A DNA stretch of 64,000 nucleotides from an uncultured bacterium (GTDB taxonomy: Bacteria > Cyanobacteriota > Vampirovibrionia > Gastranaerophilales > Gastranaerophilaceae), in the NCBI GenBank assembly GCA_902797965.1, contig CADBUY010000003.1:102222-166221 (forward strand), given 5' to 3'. Positions 1-10,393 of the stretch are shown piece by piece (positions within the stretch are counted from its first letter, which is position 1; every line of letters begins with the position of its first letter). Both the position numbers and the translations under genes were made by a program. The notes under the pieces were generated by a model. The model was given only the letters and a program-made list of their open reading frames with translations. It made no database searches and was not told the DNA's origin.

Positions 1-182
1 TGAGACAGGCTATCAGAACTTCTGAAGCTTATTTCAATTCTGACAGAATGGTTATCGAATACTATAACAGATTGTATGCTCCAATAGCTCATGATGACAC
101 TTCTGCAGGTGAAAAAAAGAAAGAACTTAATATTTCTGAAACACCTACATTTGATGCTTGGACTTATTCTAACATCAAGTAG
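1..182 (+). CDS. glgP: Alpha-glucan (glycogen) phosphorylase, 3' end (partial)
   Basis: Frame from nt 3 reads RQAIRTSEAYFNSDRMVIEYYNRLY...SNIK*; FNSDRMVxEY is the phosphorylase C-terminal motif; GH57 gene nearby. Confidence 0.75.
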   Translation, partial: RQAIRTSEAYFNSDRMVIEYYNRLYAPIAHDDTSAGEKKKELNISETPTFDAWTYSNIK

Positions 183-205
183 TGTTAAAATGAGTAAGGA
201 TGAAG

Positions 206-238
206 AAAAAAATACCGCTTTTCAAAGCGGTATTTTTT
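206..238 (+). terminator. Intrinsic (likely bidirectional) terminator
   Basis: aaaaataccgctt-ttc-aaagcggtattttt hairpin between convergent genes. Confidence 0.7.
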
Positions 239-257
239 ATTTTTTAATTTTTATAAT

Positions 258-686
258 TTATTTATTATTTGTTTTCCAATCACGAATTATTTTATTTACT
301 TTTTTTACAATATTAATAAATTCTTTTCTTTCACCTTTTAAGCCAATGTGCTTTAAATTTTCCTGCAATTTTATTAACTCAGGGTCAAATAATAGCTCAA
401 TATCAGCAGCAATTGTATCAACAATATTTTGCCTCAGTTGATTTGTGCTTTCTCTATGATTTTCTGGTTGTTCAAAAATAGGAATAATACCTTCTTTTAA
501 ATATGATTTTGCTATTCCGTAGAATTCATCTCTGTTTTTTGCAGTTTTAGAACTTTCTATAAATCTGTCGCCCAGTTCCTTAAATTCTTTTCTGGAAATG
601 CCTTGTCCAAAATTAGGAACCTTATATTGAGTGTGTTTATTACACTTTTGGTTGTGTGTAAAATCATTAACAGGGTATATTTTCAT
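258..686 (-). CDS. Hypothetical protein with MKI...PNFG N-terminus
   Basis: 142-aa ORF, GGAGAG RBS upstream. Confidence 0.7.
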   Translation of the reverse strand: MKIYPVNDFTHNQKCNKHTQYKVPNFGQGISRKEFKELGDRFIESSKTAKNRDEFYGIAKSYLKEGIIPIFEQPENHRESTNQLRQNIVDTIAADIELLFDPELIKLQENLKHIGLKGERKEFINIVKKVNKIIRDWKTNNK

Positions 687-902
687 TTTCTCCTCCGTGT
701 ATAAATGTTTAAAGTCTATTATAGACTACATTCTCATTGTATAACAACCGTAAATTTATGCAATATATTAAATCTTGTTTACATTATATTTTCCCCGGAT
801 GTACTAGTTTTTTTTACCCGCTTCGATGATTTTTTAAATACGGTTTTTAATTATAATACGCATATAAATAAAAATATCGCAAATTATAGAGGAGAGATTT
901 AT

Positions 903-1727
903 ATGAGTATTTGTACAGCACCCGTTTATCGTATGAAAGAATTAAATAATATGTTTATAGAATTAACAGCAAAAAACTGCAATCAAAGATGCAGCGGATG
1001 TTATATTGATTTTCCTGTAACAAAAAATGTTAAAGATTTTATATCAATAGATTTGATAAAAGAAGCATTAAACGATACAAAAGAAGAAAATTTGTATTGT
1101 ATATATTTGACAGGCGGCGAACCAATGACTCATCCTGAATTTAATTCTATTTTAAGAATGTGTTTAAAACGATGTAATGTTTGTATTTGTACGAATTCAA
1201 GTTTTCTTAATGAAAAAAAGGTCAGATTTTTAAAAAAAGTTGAGGATGAGGGTGTGAATCAAATCTTTTTTAAACTTTCTGTTGCTCATTTTAATGAAAT
1301 GGAAAGTGATAAAGTCAAGTATAGGGGACAATTTAGACAAACAATATCTGCTCTTAAAATTTTAGGCAGATATAATTTTACATCTGTGTTATCTGTTCAG
1401 AATTTTTATAATTTGGATGAAAATTATATAAAAAATAATCTGGAAAGAATATTTTCTGAAAATGATATTACAGATACTGATATCCAGATAAATTTGTCTT
1501 ATCCAAATCATGGAGAAAAAAATTATGTACAGCGAGCAGAAACAACCGATTGTATGTCGGGAAGAATATTATCAAGAAACGGTGTTTATTCATGTCCCTT
1601 TCTTTGCAACGATTACAGGGGAAGAATGGGAGGCTCTTTCAAAGATTATTCTAAAATTATAACCGCAGAAACTGATTTTTGTGCTACTTGTTCTGCAAAC
1701 AAAAAAAGTATATTTTCAATTGGATAA
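903..1727 (+). CDS. Radical SAM protein
   Basis: CNQRCSGC motif, LTGGEP, C-terminal Cys cluster; start moved to ATG 903 after GGAGAG RBS. Confidence 0.85.
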   Translation: MSICTAPVYRMKELNNMFIELTAKNCNQRCSGCYIDFPVTKNVKDFISIDLIKEALNDTKEENLYCIYLTGGEPMTHPEFNSILRMCLKRCNVCICTNSSFLNEKKVRFLKKVEDEGVNQIFFKLSVAHFNEMESDKVKYRGQFRQTISALKILGRYNFTSVLSVQNFYNLDENYIKNNLERIFSENDITDTDIQINLSYPNHGEKNYVQRAETTDCMSGRILSRNGVYSCPFLCNDYRGRMGGSFKDYSKIITAETDFCATCSANKKSIFSIG

Positions 1728-1974
1728 TTGTATTTTTTACAATTAATAAACTCTTATATAAACCTTATATATCTGTATTTTAGCGTTAATCCCTTAAAAT
1801 ATAGTTAACATTTGTAACATTATTCTGCTGAATTAATACTAAAGAGTTACTTTTTTGTTCAATTTATGGTATAAATAGTAATGTAAAAATATATATCGAG
1901 GTGCCGTATAAGAATTAAAAATAATCAGGTATAGCAGTTCGATATCTCAATAAAATAAATGAACGGAGGCAAAG

Positions 1975-3693
1975 ATGTCAGTAGGACAATTCGTATTTAT
2001 GTTGCACAGCCATCTCCCATACTACAGAAAAGCTGGTATGTGGCCATTCGGAGAAGAAAATCTTTATGAATGCATGGCAGAAACATACGTCCCTCTTCTT
2101 AATGCAATTTCTGAATTGTATGATGAGGGTATAAAAGCAAAATTGACGGTAGGTATTACTCCAATTCTTGCAGAACAATTAAATGACGAACATTTACAAA
2201 ACGGTTTTGTTAAATACATAGATGCGCAAATTACTGCTGTATCAAAGGATTTGGAAAGATATCCTGACCCAAAAGTTGCTCATAGTCAGCATCTGAAATA
2301 TTTAGCAAAATATTATTTTGATTTGTGGAATAAATTAAGAGATGATTTCGTAAATAAATATGAAAAAAATCTTATCAAATACTTTAAAAAGTATCAGGAT
2401 TTAGGTTGTATTGAAATTACAACATCAGGAGCAACACATGGATTCTCTCCGTTACTTGCAACTGATAGTAACTTAAATGCACAGTTTAAAGTTGGTCAGG
2501 ATACAACTGAAAGATTATTCGGTAAGAAAGCAATGGGTGCTTGGCTTCCTGAATGTGCTTACCGTCAAGGTTACGAATATGTTGGAAAAGACGGTCAAAA
2601 ACACTGGAGACCTGCTATTGAAGTTACTCTTCAAAACAACGATATTCACTATTTCTTTACGGATTCTCATGTAATAGAAGGTGGTAATTCAATTGGTAAC
2701 AGACGTGTAATCGGTGTTTACGGGAACATCGAATACATTCCGCTTCCTGACAGACCAAAAACAGGATATGATACATATTCTGCATACTGGTTACCTGATG
2801 CACAAGTAGCAGTAATGGGAAGAAATGACAGAGCAAGCTATCAAGTTTGGTCAGCTGCTGACGGTTACCCCGGAGACGGATGCTTCAGAGAATTCCATAA
2901 ACGTGATGATAAATCAGGTATGCACTACTGGAGAATTACTTCACCTACAACTGATTTAGGTGACAAGATGTTATATGATCCGGTTCTTGCAATGAATAAG
3001 ATTAACGAAAACTCAGATCACTATACAACATTGATTTATCACTTATTAAATGACTACAAATTGGCCAATAATAAAGAAGGTCTTGTTATGGTTTCTTTTG
3101 ATACAGAATTATATGGTCACTGGTGGTTTGAAGGCATTGAATTTATAAAACAAGTTATTAAGAAATTCAATCAGTACTTACCTGAAGTAGAAAGAATGAC
3201 TGCAGGTGAATATGTAACTAAGTATCCTCCAAAAGAAGCTATTCAAATTCCTGAATCTTCTTGGGGACAAGGCGGACACTTCTATGTATGGCAAAACCAC
3301 TTAACAGAATGGATGTGGCCTATTATCCACTCTTGCGAAAAACGCATGTGCGAAATAGTTGATGCTCATTCTGAAATTCCGGATGATAAACTACTTCACA
3401 GAGCATTAAATCAATTAGCAAGAGAAAACTTGCTGCTTCAATCTTCTGATTGGCCATTCCTGATTACAACATGGCAAGCTAAAGATTATGCAACAGACAG
3501 ATTCAATGAACACGTTGACAGATTTAGTTTAATTGCCGATATGATTGAAAGCGGTAACATTGACGATGCTAAACTTAAAGAAATAGAAAGTATCGATAAC
3601 TGCTTCCCTGTAATTGACTACAGAGTATATCAATCAATTACGGAAGGTGTTATACCTCAACAAGAGAAGAAGTTAGCGCCATTATATCAATAA
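1975..3693 (+). CDS. GH57 family 1,4-alpha-glucan branching enzyme (DUF1957)
   Basis: LHSHLPY, WLPECAY, FDTELYGHWWFEG, QSSDWPF motifs. Confidence 0.92.
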   Translation: MSVGQFVFMLHSHLPYYRKAGMWPFGEENLYECMAETYVPLLNAISELYDEGIKAKLTVGITPILAEQLNDEHLQNGFVKYIDAQITAVSKDLERYPDPKVAHSQHLKYLAKYYFDLWNKLRDDFVNKYEKNLIKYFKKYQDLGCIEITTSGATHGFSPLLATDSNLNAQFKVGQDTTERLFGKKAMGAWLPECAYRQGYEYVGKDGQKHWRPAIEVTLQNNDIHYFFTDSHVIEGGNSIGNRRVIGVYGNIEYIPLPDRPKTGYDTYSAYWLPDAQVAVMGRNDRASYQVWSAADGYPGDGCFREFHKRDDKSGMHYWRITSPTTDLGDKMLYDPVLAMNKINENSDHYTTLIYHLLNDYKLANNKEGLVMVSFDTELYGHWWFEGIEFIKQVIKKFNQYLPEVERMTAGEYVTKYPPKEAIQIPESSWGQGGHFYVWQNHLTEWMWPIIHSCEKRMCEIVDAHSEIPDDKLLHRALNQLARENLLLQSSDWPFLITTWQAKDYATDRFNEHVDRFSLIADMIESGNIDDAKLKEIESIDNCFPVIDYRVYQSITEGVIPQQEKKLAPLYQ

Positions 3694-3711
3694 TTAGTAT
3701 TGAATCAATAT

Positions 3712-3748
3712 GAATCGGGATTTTGAATATTGTTCAAAATCCCGATTC
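3712..3748. terminator. Bidirectional terminator hairpin
   Basis: gaatcgggattttgaa-tattg-ttcaaaatcccgattc between convergent genes. Confidence 0.8.
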
Positions 3749-3762
3749 TTTGTTCACATGTT

Positions 3763-4131
3763 TTATGCATGATATTTACGATTTTTTTTCATTAATTTGT
3801 TAAGATAGTTTTTGTCTATTCTTAAAAAAGTATTTATAATTTGTTTAACAGAATTTTTTTTAATCAGGAATATTCCATTTTTAACATCTTGTCCTTCTTT
3901 TGTTGCAACAAGAGAAAATTCATTCCATAAGGCAACATTTTTGTTTGCAAGGTTGATTGTGTAATCATCAAATCCGTATTTTTCATAATCTGCAATCTTT
4001 TGATTTAGCTTGTAATTATTTTGTAATCGATTTTGACCATTATTAATATAGCTTCTCATAAATTTTTCAAATTGTGGAGAAACTTTTGCTTGGAAACTCG
4101 GTTGTACGTTTGTATCTAAATTTACTTTCAT
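3763..4131 (-). CDS. Hypothetical protein (MKVNL...PSFQA N-terminus)
   Basis: 122-aa ORF with AAGGA RBS. Confidence 0.7.
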   Translation of the reverse strand: MKVNLDTNVQPSFQAKVSPQFEKFMRSYINNGQNRLQNNYKLNQKIADYEKYGFDDYTINLANKNVALWNEFSLVATKEGQDVKNGIFLIKKNSVKQIINTFLRIDKNYLNKLMKKNRKYHA

Positions 4132-4283
4132 ATATTATCCTTTATTTAGTCGCAGCATGAACATTTTTGCCTCTGCAAGCATGTTTCAGAGATGGTAGTC
4201 TGTAATGTATTTCATCTTGTTGGTGTTTTGTCATTTTATTTTTAATTTCAAATTTATTTTGGTTATTATATTGCTGTATACCG

Positions 4284-5867
4284 CTAATTTTCATACATTA
4301 TTCTTCCTGTTTGATTAATAACTATAGGCTTATTTAAATGTTTTATGTATTCACAAGTTAAGAAAGCCTTGTTAAACGGATATTCTACACATTCCTCTTT
4401 TGGAGAAAGAACATCATAATCTGCTCCCCAAGACATGATAAATGAGTCTGCTACAACCTTGTATTTTTTGTCTTCTCTCGGATTGTTAATATCAATCGGA
4501 TGTTCTATGCCGTCTTTATCAACAAAATTCATTGCTGTGATTGTCTTTTTTGTTGGACTTACGGTGTAATTAAGTCCTGACACGCCAAGTAATCCTGGTT
4601 TATTACCATGTGAGTTATAGCTAATTTCAGTTGCCTTTTTAAATGCATCTACAAGTGTTTTTTCTGATACCTCAGCAACTGAAATATTGTCGGCAAAAGG
4701 AGCAATTTCTTTTATATCACTTGAATCAATATCACCTTTTTTAAAATAATTTCTGGTACCTGCATTATTCCAAATTCCGATATCTGCATTCATTTCATAC
4801 TTCATTGCATCACACATAAAGTTTGCGTGCGGATTTTCTTCCAGCAAAGATTTTGGTGCAGGAGGCGCATATTCAATATATCCGACTTGTTCGGGCTTGC
4901 CTAAGATTTCGTTAAACATGTACTGGTGAACGAGGTTTCTGTGGTATAGGCTTGTGTCACCAAGATTATTTTGAGCTTTTGTAATAACGCCGTCTTTGTC
5001 AAAGGTTAAGTTTAATTCGCCAAAATGTTTTCCATCCTTACCAGCTTCTGTAATAATTATTGGCTCGCCCGTTTTTGAGTAGATTAAGTTTTCATCTTCT
5101 TTAATTCCCTCAAGAAGTTCATGAGTATGTCCACCAATAATTACGTCAATTCCCTCTGTATTTCTGCCTACTTGTTTATCTCTTTCAATGCCAAGATGTG
5201 AAAGTAAAACGATTTTATTTATTCCCTGAGATTTGAGATTATTAATTTCTTGTTGAATAAGGTCAGTTGTTGTATCTAAATCGTGAGCTTTACAGTCTGT
5301 GTGATAATCCGGGTGTGTTGCTCTATCGGTTAAATCAACAGGAGTTGTTCCGATTAGGCCAATTTTTTCGCCTTTAACATTTACTATAACTGATGGTTTG
5401 ATAAAATCTTTAATGTCAGCTTTATCGTAATTTTGTATATCTTCTTCCGTTTGTTCTTGTAATGGTTTTTGTTCAATGTTAATTGCCAGTATGTTACCGT
5501 TAAATTTAGAAGCAGTTTCCTTTAAATCACCTTGTTTTGTATCCATTTCGTGATTGCCGAGAGCAGTACCTCTTACTCCAGCAAGGTTTAAGAATTTTGC
5601 AGTCGCATCGTGAACATGTCTGTTTTTTTCATCACCAATGTCGTTATCGCCGCCGGACAGGATGATATCCCCTTTAATACCTGATAAAATTCTCATCATG
5701 TTATTTGTTTGACCGTGTAAATCGTTAATATATCCGATTTTTAATTCAAAAGTATCTTTGTCGGGTGTACGTTCTAAAGCTTCTCCGCTTTTGAAAGAAG
5801 GTTTTGTAAAATTCGGAGATTTTTTGTAATTATTAAAATTTGAGATAGTTATTCCTTGAATGTTCAT
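4284..5867 (-). CDS. 5'-nucleotidase / calcineurin-like metallophosphoesterase (paralog 1)
   Basis: NDLHG, GD, GNHE, SHLG, GGHTH motifs plus 5'-NT C-terminal domain. Confidence 0.88.
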   Translation of the reverse strand: MNIQGITISNFNNYKKSPNFTKPSFKSGEALERTPDKDTFELKIGYINDLHGQTNNMMRILSGIKGDIILSGGDNDIGDEKNRHVHDATAKFLNLAGVRGTALGNHEMDTKQGDLKETASKFNGNILAINIEQKPLQEQTEEDIQNYDKADIKDFIKPSVIVNVKGEKIGLIGTTPVDLTDRATHPDYHTDCKAHDLDTTTDLIQQEINNLKSQGINKIVLLSHLGIERDKQVGRNTEGIDVIIGGHTHELLEGIKEDENLIYSKTGEPIIITEAGKDGKHFGELNLTFDKDGVITKAQNNLGDTSLYHRNLVHQYMFNEILGKPEQVGYIEYAPPAPKSLLEENPHANFMCDAMKYEMNADIGIWNNAGTRNYFKKGDIDSSDIKEIAPFADNISVAEVSEKTLVDAFKKATEISYNSHGNKPGLLGVSGLNYTVSPTKKTITAMNFVDKDGIEHPIDINNPREDKKYKVVADSFIMSWGADYDVLSPKEECVEYPFNKAFLTCEYIKHLNKPIVINQTGRIMYEN

Positions 5868-5886
5868 ATTTACCTGCTTATTGGAG

Positions 5887-7485
5887 CTATTGTTCTGTAT
5901 ATTTTATCCTTCCGAATTGATTAATTTCAACCGGCTTGTTGTTGCGTTTGATATAATTACAGACCATTACGTCTTTATCGTATGAATACTTTTTCAAATA
6001 TTCTTCTTCTTTAGCAAGAATGTTGAAATCAGCACCGGCTGACATTAAGAACTCATCTGTAACAATTTTATATTTTTTTGTTTCGCTGGGGTTATCAACG
6101 TCAATTTTATGAATGTTGCCTTGTTTGTCGGTAAAATTCATTTCTACAAGAGTGCCGTTTTTTGTGTCGACTGTATAATCTAATCCTGATACAGCAAGCA
6201 ACCCCGGTTTACGACTGCTGGATGAATATGTGTCCTTTATTGCTTTTTTGAACAGGTCTACCATTGTTTTTTCAGGTACTTCCGCTACTGCAACAAAGTC
6301 TAGGAATGGTGAAATATCCTTAATATCGCTTGAATTTATTTCACCTTCGTGGAAAGAATTTCTTACTCCGCAATTATGCCAGATTGCAATGTCGGAATTT
6401 GTTTCAGCTTTCATAACGTCACAAACAAAATTGGCGTGTGGATTTTCTTCTGTTAGTGATTTTGGTGGCGGAGGTGCATCTTTAATGTAACCTATTTTTT
6501 CGGGAGTACCTAAGATTTCGTTGAAAATGTATTGGTTAACAAGGTTTTTGTGGAATAATCCTGTTTCACCCAAATTGTTTTGAGCTTTTGTAATTACGCC
6601 GTCTTTATCAAAGATTAAATTGAGTTTTCCAAAATAATTGCCGTCACGTCCGGCTTCTGTAATGATTACAGGTTCACCTGATTTAGAATACAATAAATTC
6701 TTGCCATCAGTAATTCCTTCAAGCAATTCGTGAGTGTGGCCGCCTACAATAATGTCAATTCCTTCTGTTTGCTGAGCGACTTGTTTGTCTTTCTTTAGTC
6801 CAAGGTGCGATAAAAGAACAATTTTGTTAACTCCTTGTTCTTTTATTTTATCAACTTCTGCTTGAATATCTTTTATGCTGTCATCAAGTTGATCAATATG
6901 GCAATCAGTATGATATGTTGGGTGTGTGAGTCTGTCTAGAAGATCAATTGGAGCAGTTCCTAAAAGTCCTATTTTCTCACCGTTTATTTCTACAATTTTA
7001 GATGGCTTGAGGTGATTAAGTAAATCTGCTCTGCCTAATTTTTCGACCTCTGCCTTGTCTTGATTTTCGATTTTATCTTTTTTCATATTTATAGTGAGAA
7101 CATCTCCGTTGTATTCTTTCAGAGAGTCTATTAAATCTTCTTGAGTAGCATCCATCTCGTGGTTCCCGAGAGCAGTTGCGGCAACTTTTCCTAAATTAAG
7201 GAATTTATAAGTGGCTTTATGGATATTTTTATTTTTTTCATCACCAATATCGTTATCACCGGCAGAAAGAACCAAATCTCCGCCAATACCGGATAATATT
7301 CTTAGCATATTGTTGGTTTGCCCGTGAGCATCGTTAACATATCCTATTGAGATTTCAAAACTGTCTTTGCTTGGCGATTTTACTAACGGACTTGATGCAT
7401 CACCAAACTTTTTGTTTTGTTGGCTGTCTTTTGGACTAGTGGCTTTGAAGCTGTGAACTCCAAAACTTATTTTGTTGATTTTCAT
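5887..7485 (-). CDS. 5'-nucleotidase / calcineurin-like metallophosphoesterase (paralog 2)
   Basis: NDAHG, GNHE, SHLG, GGHTH; clear tandem paralog of 4284-5867. Confidence 0.88.
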   Translation of the reverse strand: MKINKISFGVHSFKATSPKDSQQNKKFGDASSPLVKSPSKDSFEISIGYVNDAHGQTNNMLRILSGIGGDLVLSAGDNDIGDEKNKNIHKATYKFLNLGKVAATALGNHEMDATQEDLIDSLKEYNGDVLTINMKKDKIENQDKAEVEKLGRADLLNHLKPSKIVEINGEKIGLLGTAPIDLLDRLTHPTYHTDCHIDQLDDSIKDIQAEVDKIKEQGVNKIVLLSHLGLKKDKQVAQQTEGIDIIVGGHTHELLEGITDGKNLLYSKSGEPVIITEAGRDGNYFGKLNLIFDKDGVITKAQNNLGETGLFHKNLVNQYIFNEILGTPEKIGYIKDAPPPPKSLTEENPHANFVCDVMKAETNSDIAIWHNCGVRNSFHEGEINSSDIKDISPFLDFVAVAEVPEKTMVDLFKKAIKDTYSSSSRKPGLLAVSGLDYTVDTKNGTLVEMNFTDKQGNIHKIDVDNPSETKKYKIVTDEFLMSAGADFNILAKEEEYLKKYSYDKDVMVCNYIKRNNKPVEINQFGRIKYTEQ

Positions 7486-7562
7486 ATTTAACCTTCTTCT
7501 GCTCTTATGAAACCACCTAAAGAAATATTTTTGCCTTATTCCTTAGAAATAGTTACAATTGT

Positions 7563-8174
7563 TTACATAGAGAGAGTGGTTAAAGCTTTCCTCAAAACTT
7601 CCTCTGAGTTGGATGTTTCCATAATAGTCGGCATTACCTTTTTAATCGCCTCCTCTATCTCATCCTCCTCATATCCCAGAGATAACAGTACGGCTTGAGT
7701 ATCTGTAACTGCTTGCGTCTGCGGGATAGAAGAAAGTGACGACTTCGGAAGCTCGGATTTGATGAGTTTGTCCTTAAGCTCTAAGATTATCTTTTGAGCA
7801 AGCTTCGGTCCGACACCTTTTGCGCGTGTTAACTCCTTAAAGTTCCCATCTATTACAAGAGATATTACGTCACACGCATCAAATTCATTCAGAAGAGCAA
7901 GCGCCATTTTTGCGCCAACTCCTGATACCGATAGCAAAATCTGAAAAATATCGCGTGTTTCTTTATTCAAAAAACCGTAAAGTGACATTGCATCTTCTCT
8001 GTGAGTCAGTAGAGTATAAACTTTTTGTTGTTTATCTTCACTAACTGTAAGAGAATCAAAATCCCTGTCAGTAATTTCCAATAAATAACCGACACCTGAA
8101 ACTTCAATTGAAAGATATGTACCCTTAGAGTTTTTTCTTTTGTCTGTGATAAATCCCTTAAAGTAGTCGAACAT
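7563..8174 (-). CDS. ruvA: Holliday junction branch migration protein RuvA
   Basis: VSGVGAKMAL and KGVGPKLAQKIILELK HhH motifs; C-terminal LLSLGY domain. Confidence 0.95.
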   Translation of the reverse strand: MFDYFKGFITDKRKNSKGTYLSIEVSGVGYLLEITDRDFDSLTVSEDKQQKVYTLLTHREDAMSLYGFLNKETRDIFQILLSVSGVGAKMALALLNEFDACDVISLVIDGNFKELTRAKGVGPKLAQKIILELKDKLIKSELPKSSLSSIPQTQAVTDTQAVLLSLGYEEDEIEEAIKKVMPTIMETSNSEEVLRKALTTLSM

Positions 8175-8305
8175 TATTCACATACTCCCTACTAATATAA
8201 TAACATAAAATACAGGCATGGAAAAAGTTAAAGAAAATGAATTAAAACTACTTTACAATAAAATATGTTTACAGTATTATAGACAAGTAAACCGATTAAT
8301 TGCAT

Positions 8306-8395
8306 GGAGGAATGCCAGAGTGGTTGATTGGAGCGGTCTTGAAAACCGTCGTACGTGCGAGCGTACCTAGGGTTCGAATCCCTATTCCTCCTCCA
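8306..8395 (+). tRNA. tRNA-Ser(TGA)
   Basis: GGAGGAA/TTCCTCC acceptor stem, GCGGT-CT-TGA-AA-ACCGT anticodon arm, long variable arm, GGTTCGAATCC, CCA. Confidence 0.96.
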
Positions 8396-8399
8396 TTTA
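8368..8399 (+). repeat. attL core (tRNA 3' end)
   Basis: Identical to 23991-24022. Confidence 0.93.
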
Positions 8400-8400
8400 G

Positions 8401-8432
8401 AAAGTCCAAACGATAAGCGTTTTGGGCTTTTT
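8401..8432 (+). terminator. Terminator after tRNA-Ser / integrase
   Basis: aaagtccaaacg...cgttttgggcttttt hairpin. Confidence 0.6.
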
Positions 8433-8454
8433 ATATTAAATACCGTTGCCATTT

Positions 8455-8464
8455 TGTGTCCATT
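8455..8464 (+). repeat. Putative integrase arm-type site
   Basis: tgtgtccatt, recurring as a tandem pair at 23891-23910 near attR. Confidence 0.65.
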
Positions 8465-9500
8465 AGTCATTTTGAATCAAACCCTCATTGCATGAATTAA
8501 GTACTTCTATTGCAGAAAATATTGCTGTTTCTGGAGTATGAACATATTTCATTGTAGTACTTATATCAGAGTGTGTCATAATAATTTGAACTGTTGGTAG
8601 CGGTACACCTGCATTAACTAATCGAGTTGCAACAGTATGTCTAAGGTCATGAAACCTAAAGTTTTCAAGACAAGCTTTTCGTTTTGCAGTATTCCAAGCC
8701 TTTTTAATATCTTTTGGAGCTTTTTTAGTTAATGGGTTTATAAACAAAGCACCATGTCTAAGATGTTTGGGGGTTCTTTCCAAAAAGCTATATAACATTT
8801 TTGTGCATGGCAGGTCAATACAGGTATTTGTTTTGCGGATATACAAGTGCATTACTTTTTTGTTGTAAGATTTAATATCTTCCCAAGTTAAAGGTAATAT
8901 ATCAGATTTTCTTAGCCCTGTATTGAGAGCGAAAATTACTATACCTTCTAGATATGTATTTTTAACCACTTCTAATAACCTATTTTGTTCTTCAAGCTTT
9001 AAGTATCTATATTTTTTGTCATTTTTTACCTTAAATTTAACGTCTTTTCCTATGGGATTACTTTTTATCCATTCGTTACGTATTGCAATATTAAACATTT
9101 TGCTGATAACTTCAAGATATCTGTTGACAGTAACTTGCTTTAAACCTTTGTTTAATAAGAATCGTTTAAACTGTTCGATATTATCAAGTTTAACATTGTT
9201 TATGTATTTAAGATTTTTAAAAAATTCTCTTATAACCTTTATTCTTGATATATCTTCTTTGTAACTTTTTTTATTCAGCTCTGAATGTTCAAGAAATTTG
9301 TCACAAAGTTTATCAACTGATACTTTCTTTTCTTCACGTGGAATTATACCATTTTGCTGTTGTTGCAACTTGTACTTAAAAGCAGCTTCCATTGCTTCTG
9401 CTTCTTTTCTGTTTTTTGCACCATTACATTTAAAATGCTTACGTTCACTGTGAATTTGAAAACGACAATAAAAATCACCATTTTTCTCATATATAGTCAT
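8463..9500 (-). CDS. Tyrosine integrase
   Basis: TGLRKSDI, FHDLRHT, H and Y (HSDISTTMKY) catalytic residues; N-terminal arm-binding and SAM-like domains. Confidence 0.95.
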   Translation of the reverse strand: MTIYEKNGDFYCRFQIHSERKHFKCNGAKNRKEAEAMEAAFKYKLQQQQNGIIPREEKKVSVDKLCDKFLEHSELNKKSYKEDISRIKVIREFFKNLKYINNVKLDNIEQFKRFLLNKGLKQVTVNRYLEVISKMFNIAIRNEWIKSNPIGKDVKFKVKNDKKYRYLKLEEQNRLLEVVKNTYLEGIVIFALNTGLRKSDILPLTWEDIKSYNKKVMHLYIRKTNTCIDLPCTKMLYSFLERTPKHLRHGALFINPLTKKAPKDIKKAWNTAKRKACLENFRFHDLRHTVATRLVNAGVPLPTVQIIMTHSDISTTMKYVHTPETAIFSAIEVLNSCNEGLIQND

Positions 9501-9511
9501 TATTCATTACC

Positions 9512-9692
9512 TCATGCCACTTGTTGCATCCATTGTTGAATCTCTTCGACTCTTACAAATACAGTAGAGCCAATAGTAAAAAAAACAATAATCTGGGATA
9601 TCGCCTCTACGTTTCCAAGTTCTAACAGTACTTTCAGGAGTATTAATTTCCTTTGCGAAATCTTTTAATTTCATAATTTTGAAATTGTCCAT
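9512..9692 (-). pseudogene. Excisionase-like HTH protein with +1 frameshift in T8 tract
   Basis: Removing one T of 9578-9585 gives ...DYCFFTIGSTVFVRVEEIQQWMQQVA*, a typical Xis/AlpA-like C-terminus ending at the integrase RBS. Confidence 0.7.
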
Positions 9693-9732
9693 TTTTGATT
9701 ACCTCATTTTTTATTTTAACCATTGTATAACA

Positions 9733-9851
9733 AACGCGTTCGTCATAATAATACATTAACACATTCCAAATACTTGTCAACTATTTTTCGAACAATTTAG
9801 GCAAAATAACGCAAAATTGTTACATTTCTTAATCTTTTTAACGAACGCGTT
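9733..9851. promoter_or_regulatory. Inverted operator pair between xis and repressor
   Basis: aacgcgttcgt (9733-9743) and acgaacgcgtt (9841-9851) are exact reverse complements in a divergent promoter region. Confidence 0.6.
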
Positions 9852-9903
9852 AGAATTGACAACGCATTAAAAATCTGCTATCATTACGTCAGAGGTAAAT
9901 TAT

Positions 9904-10329
9904 ATGGATATTTCAAAAGACACAATAACAAATACTGCAAATGAACTTGAAGCAAAAATTTTAAAAAGACTCGGTAACTTCTTTTATAATGCTAGGGCTG
10001 ATAAAAATATGTCTGTAAGGGCATTGAATACCTTGTCTGGGGTTAGTGTTGCAGTAATTTCAGACTTAGAAAATGCAAAAGGTATGCCTAGAATTGAAAC
10101 GATTATAAGATTGGCACTTGCTCTTGGCATTAATGATATGAATGAAGTATTTTCAATGACATTGCTTGACGATAATAAAACAGCAGTAACGGACGAAGCT
10201 ATTTTAAGACAATATTTATCGCAAACAGGCTTTAATAATTCTGAAATAAGACAAATCCAATACTACATTAATTATGTGAAGTATATGCAAAATGCACCTT
10301 CCTCACCCTATGAAAGAATAAAAAAATAG
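9904..10329 (+). CDS. XRE-family HTH repressor
   Basis: MSVRALNTLSGVSVAVISDLENAKGMPRIETIIRLALALG. Confidence 0.88.
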   Translation: MDISKDTITNTANELEAKILKRLGNFFYNARADKNMSVRALNTLSGVSVAVISDLENAKGMPRIETIIRLALALGINDMNEVFSMTLLDDNKTAVTDEAILRQYLSQTGFNNSEIRQIQYYINYVKYMQNAPSSPYERIKK

Positions 10330-10393
10330 ACTAGTAAATAGTGTTATTATATATTATGGGTGTATATAAGATTTAATCTTATTAAAATTATGC

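Noticed and set aside
91-441. 116-aa plus-strand ORF
   Set aside because: Overlaps glgP end, terminator and an antisense gene; low-complexity composition
8228-8470. 80-aa ORF on minus strand
   Set aside because: Antisense shadow of tRNA-Ser and its terminator
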